DNA of 64,000 bases from Bdellovibrionales bacterium. Its GTDB lineage: Bacteria; Bdellovibrionota; Bdellovibrionia; Bdellovibrionales; UBA1609. Every line of letters begins with the position of its first letter. Position 1 is the first letter of the stretch. Positions 48,978 through 59,049 of this stretch are shown piece by piece. The notes beneath the pieces are model-generated. The model was given only the letters and a program-made list of their open reading frames with translations, was not told the origin of the DNA and did no database searches. Made by a program: the position numbers and the translations under genes. The DNA lies in the NCBI GenBank assembly GCA_041690295.1, contig JAWLHR010000003.1, forward strand, positions 158,305 through 222,304, given 5' to 3'.

Positions 48978-49106
48978 ATGGCATCGGCCACCAAAATCAC
49001 CAGATTCCGCCGTAAGCGCAAAAAGTCCAAAGCCGGCCGTAAGCGCAAAGCCCAAAACCGCAACAAGGGCACCACTCGTTCGGCTAAAGAACTCTTCGGC
49101 GATTAA
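48978..49106 (+). CDS. 42-aa highly basic protein
   Basis: SD AGGAG 7 nt before ATG. Translates to MASATKITRFRRKRKKSKAGRKRKAQNRNKGTTRSAKELFGD. Confidence 0.75.
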   Translation: MASATKITRFRRKRKKSKAGRKRKAQNRNKGTTRSAKELFGD

Positions 49107-49182
49107 TTTTCGCTTTCCTGATAGCTAGGTTTTTCGCGGCGTGACTTCCGTTTTGGAAGTCAATTATGGGAAAAGTACGTCC

Positions 49183-50379
49183 ATGCTTAGAATAATATTC
49201 TTATTACTTCCCATTGTTCTGTCCGGACACGCGGTCTCCACCCACAAAGACTTCAGGTTCATTGAGCTACCTGAATCGATCAACAAAGACTCTGACAAAA
49301 TACTTTCCGACGGTGAAATCAAATACGATCTCGCGCAAGCCTTATACGCGCTCAACACCGCCTACAGCGGAAAGAAGTTTCTTCCCAAAGGTGAATTTGA
49401 AACATTGGTTAACAACATCGAGGGCTTGAGCGGCTCCATGACGGCGGCGGATTTATGCGCCCGGATTGATCATTTCATGAGTGCGGTCTCTGACAACCAC
49501 CTGAGCGCTGAATTAAAAGGTGAGCGATGCGATAAGAGCCGCAACATGAGACGAGGACAGGTGGGTAAGAATTTTTACGCCAAAAGTGAAGTTCCCTGGA
49601 AAACCGAAATTGCAAAAAGAAAAAACAAAACGGCTCTTTTGATTTCGATCACATATTTCCCAAGTTCCACCAACCCTGTTTGGAATGGCTTTTTGGAAGG
49701 GGTCCAGCAAAAATTGCCGGCCGCCGATCTGGTCATTTTGGATATGCGCGGAAACGGTGGTGGAGATGATTCCAAAGGGTATGAGCTTTCAACCTTACTT
49801 GCGGGAAGTAAACTTAAAGATCCCTACGCCAAACAATGGACGAATTCCACCCCTGAATCGATGCAGTTATTCGTGAACTTGTTCGGGTATTTCGCCCGAG
49901 CGAGAAAGGCTCAGGGCAAGGAAGTCCCAAATTATATATTGGAACTCAGAGATCAATTTGTTGAGAAACGAAATAAGGCATTGAACGGTGAAGAAATTGA
50001 AGAACCTTCCGAGGAAGACCGGGGCGGCGAATTTGATTGGGAGAAAAGTATAAAAAAACCGATTTACATTTTGATCGACGCCGAGTGTGCCTCAAGTTGC
50101 GAAAGCACCACGGATTTCTTCGAATACAATCCGCTGGTCAAAACTGTCGGTGAAAACACGGCCGGTTGTATTCATTTTGGAAACAATGGCATCGTCGTCT
50201 TGAAGAATTCAGGCATTTTTCTTCACATGGCCATTTCGTACAACAGCTATGTCGATGGCCGATTCATCGAGAAGACGGGCATCAAACCGAAAATTCCCGT
50301 TCCAGCGGGAAAAGATGCCTTGGACTATGCTTGGGACGATTTCTTTCGGTTATTGGCGCCGCCCCGAGGGGGCGGCTAA
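49183..50379 (+). CDS. S41 family peptidase, exported
   Basis: DNHL, LDMRGNGGG, CASSCE, VGENTAG and GIKPKI motifs. Confidence 0.85.
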   Translation: MLRIIFLLLPIVLSGHAVSTHKDFRFIELPESINKDSDKILSDGEIKYDLAQALYALNTAYSGKKFLPKGEFETLVNNIEGLSGSMTAADLCARIDHFMSAVSDNHLSAELKGERCDKSRNMRRGQVGKNFYAKSEVPWKTEIAKRKNKTALLISITYFPSSTNPVWNGFLEGVQQKLPAADLVILDMRGNGGGDDSKGYELSTLLAGSKLKDPYAKQWTNSTPESMQLFVNLFGYFARARKAQGKEVPNYILELRDQFVEKRNKALNGEEIEEPSEEDRGGEFDWEKSIKKPIYILIDAECASSCESTTDFFEYNPLVKTVGENTAGCIHFGNNGIVVLKNSGIFLHMAISYNSYVDGRFIEKTGIKPKIPVPAGKDALDYAWDDFFRLLAPPRGGG

Positions 50380-50398
50380 CCGTTCGCCATTGCCCTGA

Positions 50399-52033
50399 TC
50401 ACGGCATTGGCGAGGCTTCGAAGGTTTTCGGCTTTGATGAAAGCGGGTAAGGGCCGTGCTGCCGCGATCCGGGGCCGACCCAGCCGCTCCGCTGAACTCC
50501 ATTTATGGTATTCACGCCAATCCATTCCGTGTTGTCATAACCGCCGTCTTCACTAAATGGATTGCGGCAGTTCGTAATCACATTGGATTCGACCACGATG
50601 CCGGGAGAGTGGGAAAGACTAAATGCCCACTCACTATTGGTGACGACATTATCCCGGCTGGTCACAGCGAATATGGATCGTGAACCATTACCGAATTCAA
50701 GCGCCCAATGAACACCATCGATTCGATTCCCGCTGCAGGTTCCTGAATCCACTCGTCCGACGAAAGACAGCATGGGTTCCGTACTTGAGGAATTGGTAAG
50801 GACATTCCGGTCAATATGGACATCATAGGTCGGCGAGAAGAAGCCGGTTTCGATTCCCATGCGGGAAATTCCGTCAATAATATTGTCGCTGACGACGAGC
50901 ATTCTCATCGTCGGTGAGGAGCCATTCTCTTCATTTCGCCAGGTGACCGCTTGGTAATTGTTTCGGAACGTATTCTTTTGGATGTACGTGTACTGAGTGT
51001 GCCAGAGCCAGAGAGCGTTGGACCGGGTCCAATTGTTAAATGAGTTGTTTATAATACGAATGTTCTGGCTTAAGCGTGATCCGTCGCGATCCAGGTAAAT
51101 GGCGCCAGACACGTCGCCCGGGCCACCTCGAGTTCCACCGTCGAAGGTGAAACCTGAAATGACGATATCGGATACGCCTTGTCCGGAAATGATGCCGTTC
51201 GCGCCCGAAGCGCGGAGAATCGCGCCGGGTTCACCATAAAGGGAGACACCGGATTTCAGTCTAAGAGGCGACGAAATGGAGTAGGTTCCAGGTTTAAAGA
51301 CGATCACCGATCCGGCCTTCGCATTGTTAATCACGCTTTGTAAGTTGGACTCGGGCCCCACGCGAATGTCACTTGAAGACGGCGGTGGAACGGGTGCCGG
51401 CGCCGGAGCTGGAGTGGGTGCAGGTGCGGGTGCGGGAGTTGGAGCAGGTTGAGGTGTAGGTGAAGGTGCGGGCGCGGGTGCCGGAGCCGAACTTCCCGGT
51501 AGTGGCGTTCCGTCCAAGCTCACCATTTTGAAATTCTGATTAGGACCGTCGTTGCAGGTATATTGAATAAGCCGCTTACCTGATCGCCGCGACAATCCAG
51601 GTACATCCAAGCATTTCCCGCTATTGATGTTCTGAATGGAAAATACGCCATTTCCCCGCGCAATAAACTTGAATTGCTGATTCAAACCATCCTCATTGCA
51701 CTGCCATTGCTGAACGCGGCCAAAATTTTCAGTGGACCAATTATGTATGTCTACACACTTTGAGAGCGCGGATCGGGGACTCAAAAAGTAAGCTCCATTG
51801 GGCGCGATTCTTAACGAAAAAACCTGGCTCGTTGAATTTTGACATCGAGTTTGAATGAGAGCCGCGCCATTGCCTTTGGAACCGCTAGCAATAGCCAAGC
51901 ATTGATCAGAGTGTTGCGCGATTAATCGAAATTGGCCTGTTTGTGCAGAACTTGTGAATCCGAAAAAGATTCCCGAAATAAGACCCGCGAGCGTGAAAAA
52001 CCCCATGAACACCCCCCAATACCATCTTCCCAA
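50399..52033 (-). CDS. Secreted ricin-B lectin, Pro/Ala linker and right-handed beta-helix protein
   Basis: QxW/QxF repeats with SGKCLDV, APAPAP linker, FKPGTY and repeated Asn-ladder NxF/I strands. Start uncertain. Confidence 0.8.
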   Translation of the reverse strand: MGRWYWGVFMGFFTLAGLISGIFFGFTSSAQTGQFRLIAQHSDQCLAIASGSKGNGAALIQTRCQNSTSQVFSLRIAPNGAYFLSPRSALSKCVDIHNWSTENFGRVQQWQCNEDGLNQQFKFIARGNGVFSIQNINSGKCLDVPGLSRRSGKRLIQYTCNDGPNQNFKMVSLDGTPLPGSSAPAPAPAPSPTPQPAPTPAPAPAPTPAPAPAPVPPPSSSDIRVGPESNLQSVINNAKAGSVIVFKPGTYSISSPLRLKSGVSLYGEPGAILRASGANGIISGQGVSDIVISGFTFDGGTRGGPGDVSGAIYLDRDGSRLSQNIRIINNSFNNWTRSNALWLWHTQYTYIQKNTFRNNYQAVTWRNEENGSSPTMRMLVVSDNIIDGISRMGIETGFFSPTYDVHIDRNVLTNSSSTEPMLSFVGRVDSGTCSGNRIDGVHWALEFGNGSRSIFAVTSRDNVVTNSEWAFSLSHSPGIVVESNVITNCRNPFSEDGGYDNTEWIGVNTINGVQRSGWVGPGSRQHGPYPLSSKPKTFEASPMP

Positions 52034-52128
52034 GGGTCAGGAAAGCAAGGGCAATGCCAGGCGCTTTCTAATTTAGCCGATTAGACATAGAGAATATCTG
52101 ACGGTGACTGAAACTTTAACAGTCGATT

Positions 52129-53112
52129 TTATTCCACCGAAGCGCTGTTGCCGCCCTGGCGTAAGCGGGACGGCAAGGCCGTGGCTTCGCCTTTGATCGC
52201 GAAGATCACCGGATGGCGAGCCCAGCCTTCTTGGCCGGGAACAAAGCGATATTTAACGACAGCCTTCAAAGCCGCTTCGTCCAGGTCGGCATGACCCGAG
52301 CTCTTGGCGATTTGAAGATCAGCCACGCGACCTTCCTTGGTCACGCGATAGAGTAATTCCACTTGCCCTTGGCGCTGTTCCATGCGCGCGCGAAGCGGAT
52401 AAACAGGCGCGGGGTTACCGCTAAACTGTTTCAAAGTTAAATAAGAGACGGCGGTTGATTTTGTGGTTCCGCCCTTGCCGAGTCCGGCGGCGGCCGTTTG
52501 TTCGGCGGCCGCGGCTTCCGCTTCAACCGCTGCCGCGGCGGAAACGTCTTCACTGACGGCTTCGGTGACATCTTCGTCGGTCGCGGCCATCACGCCGGGG
52601 GGCGGCGTTTCCTTAATCGGACGCAAATCCAATTTGTCGATCGGTTCTTGTGAAATGGGTTGCTCTTGCGCCACTGGCTCAACTACGGGCTCGGGAATAG
52701 CCACGGCTTCGTCGATATCTGGGCTGAGCGGTTCAGTGGTTTCCGCCACTTTTTCCTTGGGCGGGAGAACAGTCGCAACTTTGGGCTCAGCTTTTTTCAC
52801 CGGTTTTTTCTTGGCGGCAACAGCGGGTTTTGGTTCCTCTTTCTTTGCCACAGCGGGAGCGGGCTTCACTTCTTCGACTTTGATTTCTTCGGCCTTAACG
52901 TCTTCGGTTGCGGCGACTTCCTTGATCTCACCTGTCGCGGTTTCAGCGGCATTGCCGTTATCGCCGGTCGCCGGCAGGGAATTTTCGCCCATGATCACTT
53001 CAACGGGGCTGCCTGATGGGGCCTCAAGGTTTTTAAACTGGCTGATCGCCAAGGCCGTAATACACACGGCGTGGACAATCAGAGATAAAGTCAGAAATAA
53101 AGTCGAACGCAT
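52129..53112 (-). CDS. TonB family energy transducer
   Basis: TM with SLIVH, Pro/Lys/Glu-rich spacer and PVYPLRAR...GQVEL...SSGHADLDEAA. Confidence 0.88.
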   Translation of the reverse strand: MRSTLFLTLSLIVHAVCITALAISQFKNLEAPSGSPVEVIMGENSLPATGDNGNAAETATGEIKEVAATEDVKAEEIKVEEVKPAPAVAKKEEPKPAVAAKKKPVKKAEPKVATVLPPKEKVAETTEPLSPDIDEAVAIPEPVVEPVAQEQPISQEPIDKLDLRPIKETPPPGVMAATDEDVTEAVSEDVSAAAAVEAEAAAAEQTAAAGLGKGGTTKSTAVSYLTLKQFSGNPAPVYPLRARMEQRQGQVELLYRVTKEGRVADLQIAKSSGHADLDEAALKAVVKYRFVPGQEGWARHPVIFAIKGEATALPSRLRQGGNSASVE

Positions 53113-53287
53113 ACAACCTATCCTTGTCGTTCAGAGGCCGCGCCTAACCCTCCTTGGTTTGGACGGCGAGCCGGATTTCAAGGTTTACAACCTATATGCC
53201 AGTCTCTAAATGGGGTTCTCCGCCCGCTCGAACGGCGGGTCGGGTAATTCGTTCAGGCCGAGGCCGCAAATTGTCAGCTGCCGATTA

Positions 53288-54394
53288 TTAGGTTGTGAGG
53301 AGGTCGGCGGGCACGCTGCCCGCTTTGATGGCTTGGGCCAGGCGTTCATGATCGGGGTGGCCGATCAGGGTGGAGGCCTTGCTGAATTCCACCGGATCCG
53401 GCTGGGCCAAAGCTTCTTTCTTTAACGCCACAACACGATTATAGCTTTCATCGATTTGTTTCGCGCTCAGCTTGTGATCTTTGCTGGCTTTGTTCAAAGC
53501 TTCGAGCGCCACCTTCGGATGATCAAAGTCATTGCAGTACAACAGGAGATCGCATCCCGCAGCGAGTGCGCGAACCGGGATTTCTTCGACCGGATAATGA
53601 CTGGCCAATGCCTTCATGTCCAAATCGTCGGAGATCACCAAATTCCTGTAGCGCAAATCGTTGCGCAAAATGTCTTTGAGAAATTTCTCAGACAATGTGA
53701 CCGGCCAATCCGGATCGATCTTGGGGAACTTAATATGCGCGGTCATCACCATATCCAGCCGCGCGCGAAAAACTTTTTTGAAAGGTACAAGTTCCACCGA
53801 GCGCAGCCGTTCAATGTCCGCGTCTTCGATCGGAAGGTCAAAATGCGAATCCAGCAGCGTGTTGCCGTGTCCGGGGAAATGCTTCGCGCAAGGGATGATT
53901 CCGCTTTTGATGTATCCGCGCACCAAGGCGGAGGTGATTTTCGCCACCTGCTCAGGATTGCTTCCCACCGAGCGATCGCCGATCACTTCATTTTTCGGAT
54001 TCGTCAGGATGTCCACGCAGGGAGCGAAATCAAGGTTGATTCCCACGGCGCGCAATTCCGTTCCCATATCGAGCGCGAACTTGAACGCCACTGACGTTGA
54101 ATCCAACTTGCCGAGATAGCTGAGCGGCGGCCACTGCGTAAACGGCGGCTTCATGCGAGCCACTCGGCCGCCTTCCTGGTCGACTCCGATCAGCAACGGG
54201 AGTTTATCCCTGGTTCTATGCCTGAGCGCCTGAATGGAAGTGCACAACTCGTGCACCTGCTCGGGGCTTTCGATATTGCGAGCGAAAAGGATCACGCCAC
54301 CGATATTATTGGCCACGATGAAATCGGCTTCATCGGCGGTGAGCGAGGGTCCTCGAATTCCAATTATGAGTAATTGACCTAATTTTTCCGTCAC
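53288..54394 (-). CDS. nagZ: Beta-N-acetylhexosaminidase (GH3)
   Basis: DQEGGRVAR, KHFPGHG...DSH and SDDLDM motifs. Confidence 0.93.
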   Translation of the reverse strand: MTEKLGQLLIIGIRGPSLTADEADFIVANNIGGVILFARNIESPEQVHELCTSIQALRHRTRDKLPLLIGVDQEGGRVARMKPPFTQWPPLSYLGKLDSTSVAFKFALDMGTELRAVGINLDFAPCVDILTNPKNEVIGDRSVGSNPEQVAKITSALVRGYIKSGIIPCAKHFPGHGNTLLDSHFDLPIEDADIERLRSVELVPFKKVFRARLDMVMTAHIKFPKIDPDWPVTLSEKFLKDILRNDLRYRNLVISDDLDMKALASHYPVEEIPVRALAAGCDLLLYCNDFDHPKVALEALNKASKDHKLSAKQIDESYNRVVALKKEALAQPDPVEFSKASTLIGHPDHERLAQAIKAGSVPADLLTT

Positions 54395-54429
54395 AACTAA
54401 ATTTATTCTCCTGGTTTAATTGGCGAAAA

Positions 54430-55239
54430 TCAAACCTTGTTGCGATCTCGACGTGGGTCGAGGTGCTCTCTCAATCCATCGCCAAGTAAATTGAAACCCA
54501 TAACCAAAACTATGATCGCGATGCCGGGAGCCAAAGCGATCATCGGGGCTTCCGTCATCACTCTACGTCCGGAGTTGAGCAGTGATCCCCAGGTCGGGAT
54601 GTTACTCGGGACCCCGAGACCGAGAAAACTTAAACCCGATTCCGAAATGATGGTTCCGGCCATGGCGAAAGTGGCTTGAATCAAAACCAATCCGAGTAAA
54701 TTCGGCCAGATGTGAATAATAATAATGCGTAAATTTCCAGCGCCCACCGCACGGGCGCTTTGCACGTGTTCACGTTGCTTTAAATGAAGAACCTCGCCGC
54801 GCACGAGGCGCGCGAAACTTGTCCAAGAAGTTACGCTCATCGCCAGAATCAGATTAGATACCGACGGACCAAGCACCGCCACCAGCGCCAGCGCGATCAA
54901 AAAACCGGGGAACGCATAAAAGATATCAGTGATACGCATAAAAATTTGTTCCCACCACCCGCCGAAATAGCCCGCCCAAGAACCAATAATGAGTCCGATC
55001 AGCGCGCTCACCGAGACCACACTGATCGCCACAACCAGGCTCACCCGCGAGCCGTAAATGAGTTTGGACAAAATATCACTGCCGTTTTCATCAAGACCCA
55101 GCCAGTGACGCGCGGAAGGTGGCTCAAGGCGATCAGGAAGCGACATCACCGAAGGATCATGCGGACTGATATATGGCGCGGCCACCGCCACCAGCGCGAT
55201 GGCAAGAACGATCACGGTGCCCGAGATGATCTTGATCAT
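54430..55239 (-). CDS. Peptide/nickel ABC permease (DppC/OppC-like)
   Basis: HWLGLDENG, EAA-type loop and ESGLSFLGLG...GDGLRE. Confidence 0.92.
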   Translation of the reverse strand: MIKIISGTVIVLAIALVAVAAPYISPHDPSVMSLPDRLEPPSARHWLGLDENGSDILSKLIYGSRVSLVVAISVVSVSALIGLIIGSWAGYFGGWWEQIFMRITDIFYAFPGFLIALALVAVLGPSVSNLILAMSVTSWTSFARLVRGEVLHLKQREHVQSARAVGAGNLRIIIIHIWPNLLGLVLIQATFAMAGTIISESGLSFLGLGVPSNIPTWGSLLNSGRRVMTEAPMIALAPGIAIIVLVMGFNLLGDGLREHLDPRRDRNKV

Positions 55240-56162
55240 GCCTCACCACCGGTGCGCACACGCGGATTCACCACGCCATACATCAGGTCGGTGGCAAGGT
55301 TGACCAAAACATAAATGGTGGCGACCAGCAAAACACAACCTTGCACTAAAGGATAATCCCGGCGTTGAATCGCGCTGTACATCAAAGATCCAATTCCCGG
55401 CCAGTCGAAGATCGTTTCGGTCACGACAGTGCCGGTGAGAAGCGCGCTCAACTGCAAGCCCACAACGGTGACGATTGGGATCAAAGCGTTGCGAAGCGCG
55501 TGTTTGAAGTGGATCACATGTTCAGCGGCCCCTTTGGCGCGGGCGGTGCGAATATAATCTTCCTGGAGCACTTCCAATAAGGAGGCGCGTGACATGCGCG
55601 CGATGACCGCGCCCAATGGGAACGCCAGGCTGCAGGCGGGCAGAACCAAATGCGCCCATCCGTCGCGATCACTGACGGGGAACCAATTCAGTTGAATGGC
55701 GAAAATGTAGATTAATATGGGCCCAAGGAACACGCCGGGGATGCTCATGCCCATCAGGGTGTAGATGTGGCAAACGCGATCACGCCAGCCGCCATGAACC
55801 GCGGAAGTGACTCCAAGAGGTAAACCGATAAAAAGAGCCAACGCGAGCGCGGCTATGCTCAGTTCAACAGTGGCCGGGAAGTGTTTGATGATTTCGTCTT
55901 TCACCGGGGTTCGAAGTGAAAGTGATCGGCCCAAATCCATGGCGGTGAGGTCGCTTAAGTAATTCAGATATTGGGTGATGAATGGTTGATCGAGACCGAG
56001 TTCTCTGCGGAGATTGGCTTTATCCTGGGCCGACGCTTGCTCGCCGAGCATCATTTCGACCGGATCGCCGGGAACAAAATGGAGCAGCATAAAGGTTAGC
56101 GTAATGACGCCCATCAAGGAGATGATCATCATCACCAGTCGCCTCATCGCGAAGCGAAGCAT
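55236..56162 (-). CDS. Peptide/nickel ABC permease (DppB/OppB-like)
   Basis: PGDP, GLDQP, YIRTARAKG and ETIFDWPGIG...RDYP motifs. Confidence 0.92.
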   Translation of the reverse strand: MLRFAMRRLVMMIISLMGVITLTFMLLHFVPGDPVEMMLGEQASAQDKANLRRELGLDQPFITQYLNYLSDLTAMDLGRSLSLRTPVKDEIIKHFPATVELSIAALALALFIGLPLGVTSAVHGGWRDRVCHIYTLMGMSIPGVFLGPILIYIFAIQLNWFPVSDRDGWAHLVLPACSLAFPLGAVIARMSRASLLEVLQEDYIRTARAKGAAEHVIHFKHALRNALIPIVTVVGLQLSALLTGTVVTETIFDWPGIGSLMYSAIQRRDYPLVQGCVLLVATIYVLVNLATDLMYGVVNPRVRTGGEA

Positions 56163-56165
56163 GCC

Positions 56166-56978
56166 TTATTCCTTATCAACCGGCGTGGCCACGAGATTCA
56201 CTTTTCCGGCGGGAATCCCGCTGAACAACATCGTTAGAGTTTTATTGGGAAGCACCTGACCTTCGGTGGCGAGGTTGGGCGAGGCCACAAGTTCGGTTGT
56301 GATTTTGTTTTTCGGAAACTCTGTGCTGAGAACCTCGCCTTTCACGTACTTGTCTTTTTCATTGGGATCGGGATGGGGAACGGCCGCGAGCTGTGATTTG
56401 AACTCATCACCCTTGAACGAATTCAGAACGGTGAAAACCGTCAACTTGCCCTTGGTTTCTTTGGACTTGAGCCAGGCCTTCCCCCAATAGGAAGCGCCCT
56501 CTTCCTCAGCCACGCCGCTGTACTTGAAAGCCTGATTGAGCGGCAGTTTTTTCTGTAACATCACGTAAACCAAAAAACTGCTGAGAAAGGTGTCTTTAGG
56601 GATTTTATGTGTCTCTTCTCGAACTTTTTTCCCATCCGAGATTTTGAGTTTCATGATTTGTCCGCTGAAGGACGCATCGATTGCCTTTAACTGATCGTCG
56701 ATTTGTGAGGTGTATTGGTAGGAAATGGGCTGAAGCTTGTTATTGGCTTTAGCTTTGAGGCTTTCTTGTATGACCTTTTCGCCCATTTTCAAACGCATGA
56801 AAGTGGTGTTCAGAAAAGTTTTGCTCTTGTTGTCGAATTCGTACCTCTGAATGGAATAGCCGATCGGCGCGCCGTCCGCTTTGATGCTGTAGTAACCCTC
56901 GAACATGATTTGTGACGATTGGGCCGCGTTTACTGGACTAAAGAATAGGGCGCTGAGGCCGATCAGTACATAAAGCAT
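56166..56978 (-). CDS. Hypothetical exported protein
   Basis: Likely start MLYVLIGL with signal peptide. The upstream ORF extension is antisense to the Tad gene. Confidence 0.7.
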   Translation of the reverse strand: MLYVLIGLSALFFSPVNAAQSSQIMFEGYYSIKADGAPIGYSIQRYEFDNKSKTFLNTTFMRLKMGEKVIQESLKAKANNKLQPISYQYTSQIDDQLKAIDASFSGQIMKLKISDGKKVREETHKIPKDTFLSSFLVYVMLQKKLPLNQAFKYSGVAEEEGASYWGKAWLKSKETKGKLTVFTVLNSFKGDEFKSQLAAVPHPDPNEKDKYVKGEVLSTEFPKNKITTELVASPNLATEGQVLPNKTLTMLFSGIPAGKVNLVATPVDKE

Positions 56979-57006
56979 GGGACTAGTTTCCAAGTGATCG
57001 AAAACA

Positions 57007-59004
57007 GTGTCAAAATTTTTTACGATGCTTCTTAACGAGCGTGGCCAAGCCGCGATCTTCGTGGCGCTTCTCTTCAACGTGCTTTTTGTCTTTTTCGCCA
57101 TGGCGATCAATGTGGCTCTGGTGGTGCACGATAAAATCAATTTGCAGAACGCCGCTGATATGGCGGCTTACTATCTGGCCTCCAAACAGGCGGAGATGCT
57201 CAACGTGATCGCGCACGAAAACTACGCCATTCGCCAATCTTATAAGCTTCTGGCTTGGCGTTACCGTACGCTCGGCACGATGGGTCTTTATCAAGACGCC
57301 GCCAATGTTCACCCGGTATGGACGGGGGAGATGTCGGACACGCCATATGCGCCCGCCGTCCGGCCCACTCTTTGTGTGACTTACAAACCGACTTGGGTGG
57401 AAGTTCCCGAGGGCGAAAACCTTTGCAACCGCGAAAATCTTCGCATTCCACCTTTGCCCGAGGTTCAGGTGATCGCGGGATTTTTGGGGATAAACCTGGG
57501 GATTGCGGCCTTATCCCGGCAACTTCGCCAGCAGTTCGATATTCAATGTCAGCGTCACGGAGCTTATAACTGGTGGTTCGCGATGAGCATTTTGCATGCG
57601 TTCCGGATCGACCAACGCAACCGCAAGCAGGTGATTTACGCTCTCGCGCGAAATCTGACCAATCGAAACTTCATCGACTTGGATGGAAACCCGGTCGAAG
57701 AAGGCGCGCGCGAGACGTTTTTGCGAAATCTGACTTACGCCAACCGCCAGTCGTTTCAAAACGGCGGCGGGACGTTTGAGATATTCAATTCCCTTGAAAA
57801 CGTGAACCCGCAACAATGGTTGGTGGAAGTCAAAATCATTCCCACTTTGATTTACACCGATGTCGACAATCAACCCGGCTGTAACGCTTCACCACAACCG
57901 ATCGCCAATCTTCCCCAGCGACCGGGCGCCCGCGATCTTTTAATGGCGCCGTTTCCCCAAGGATTGCAGGCGGGCAATCTGATCGAGTGGCGCCAAGAGC
58001 GATTTTTGGCCGATTCGGATTATCAGTTCTCCATCGGTGTGGAGAAAAATCCTTGGTACATGGCCTATATGGGCGTGAAGGTGGAGACCAATCCGCGCCA
58101 AATCTTTTTCCCGTTTGGTTCCGGTCTCAAGATGGTGGCTCGGGCGTTCGCCAAACCGTTCGGTGGACGGATCGGTCCTTGGTATCAGGCCAACTGGAAC
58201 CGGGGCGCGCCCAACTCCGACGGCCCGTTGGTGGACGGCTTGATGGCGCCTCGAGTGGCGGCGGGCGGTCTTATGAACTCGCCCGATGATCCTCGGCGGT
58301 TACCGAATTATTCACGCTTTCCGGGGGACACGCTCGGCATGTCCAGCAAGATGGCGCTCAATGCGCTGAACGGACTTGGCGCGCTCACGATCAGTTTCGA
58401 TTTTTACAAGAACATCAAAGAAGATATGGGCGGGGGTTCACCGAATGATATTCTGGCGTGGGATGGAGCGGGAAGCGCGCCCGCGATTCGAAACTTTGAG
58501 TTGGCGGCGATCGCACCGGATCTTTTCGACATCACTTACTACTCGATCGAGCCATCGTTCACGCGAAACTACTACGACAAATTGACCGCCAACCGGGTGG
58601 CGTTGGGTATTCCCGGCGATGTTCCGCTTCGAACGGATCTTGGACATAATGGTAATGCCGTTCCAACCTTTAGTGTGCAGGAACAAATGACCGTTGGGGC
58701 GCAAAGGCAAAAGCCGGACGCGTTTTACTTTGTCCGCAGCAAGGCCCATCTTTTGACCTCTTGGTTACCCGGCCCCGGAGCGTTTAATTACCAGGCCAGC
58801 GAGGCCATGGGGAACTTCGGTCGCTGCGCTTTACCCGATGACGATTTAAGATTTCCCAATCCCGGAAGCTGCGCCGCCGGTGGTGGTCGCACTGGTTACT
58901 CAGTTAAACTGATCAGTCGCGATGCTCTTTTTTCCAATCAGCATCGTATCGGCGGTGGCGCTCCGCCTGGCGCCATTCTCAATCCACCGCCGGCCGGTTG
59001 GTGA
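57007..59004 (+). CDS. Tad domain (TadG-like pseudopilin) protein
   Basis: NERGQAAIFVALL prepilin-like motif followed by INLQNAADMAA. Confidence 0.8.
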   Translation: MSKFFTMLLNERGQAAIFVALLFNVLFVFFAMAINVALVVHDKINLQNAADMAAYYLASKQAEMLNVIAHENYAIRQSYKLLAWRYRTLGTMGLYQDAANVHPVWTGEMSDTPYAPAVRPTLCVTYKPTWVEVPEGENLCNRENLRIPPLPEVQVIAGFLGINLGIAALSRQLRQQFDIQCQRHGAYNWWFAMSILHAFRIDQRNRKQVIYALARNLTNRNFIDLDGNPVEEGARETFLRNLTYANRQSFQNGGGTFEIFNSLENVNPQQWLVEVKIIPTLIYTDVDNQPGCNASPQPIANLPQRPGARDLLMAPFPQGLQAGNLIEWRQERFLADSDYQFSIGVEKNPWYMAYMGVKVETNPRQIFFPFGSGLKMVARAFAKPFGGRIGPWYQANWNRGAPNSDGPLVDGLMAPRVAAGGLMNSPDDPRRLPNYSRFPGDTLGMSSKMALNALNGLGALTISFDFYKNIKEDMGGGSPNDILAWDGAGSAPAIRNFELAAIAPDLFDITYYSIEPSFTRNYYDKLTANRVALGIPGDVPLRTDLGHNGNAVPTFSVQEQMTVGAQRQKPDAFYFVRSKAHLLTSWLPGPGAFNYQASEAMGNFGRCALPDDDLRFPNPGSCAAGGGRTGYSVKLISRDALFSNQHRIGGGAPPGAILNPPPAGW

Positions 59005-59049
59005 AGGCTTATCTGGCGCGCAAAGTGCTAATCGTACTTCTCAACAAGT

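Noticed and set aside
48946..49128. 60-aa ORF in the track
   Set aside because: No SD, and it overlaps the better-supported 42-aa ORF in another frame.
51380..51500. Short tandem GC-rich repeats
   Set aside because: They encode the Pro/Ala linker. There is no repeat-spacer structure, so this is not CRISPR.
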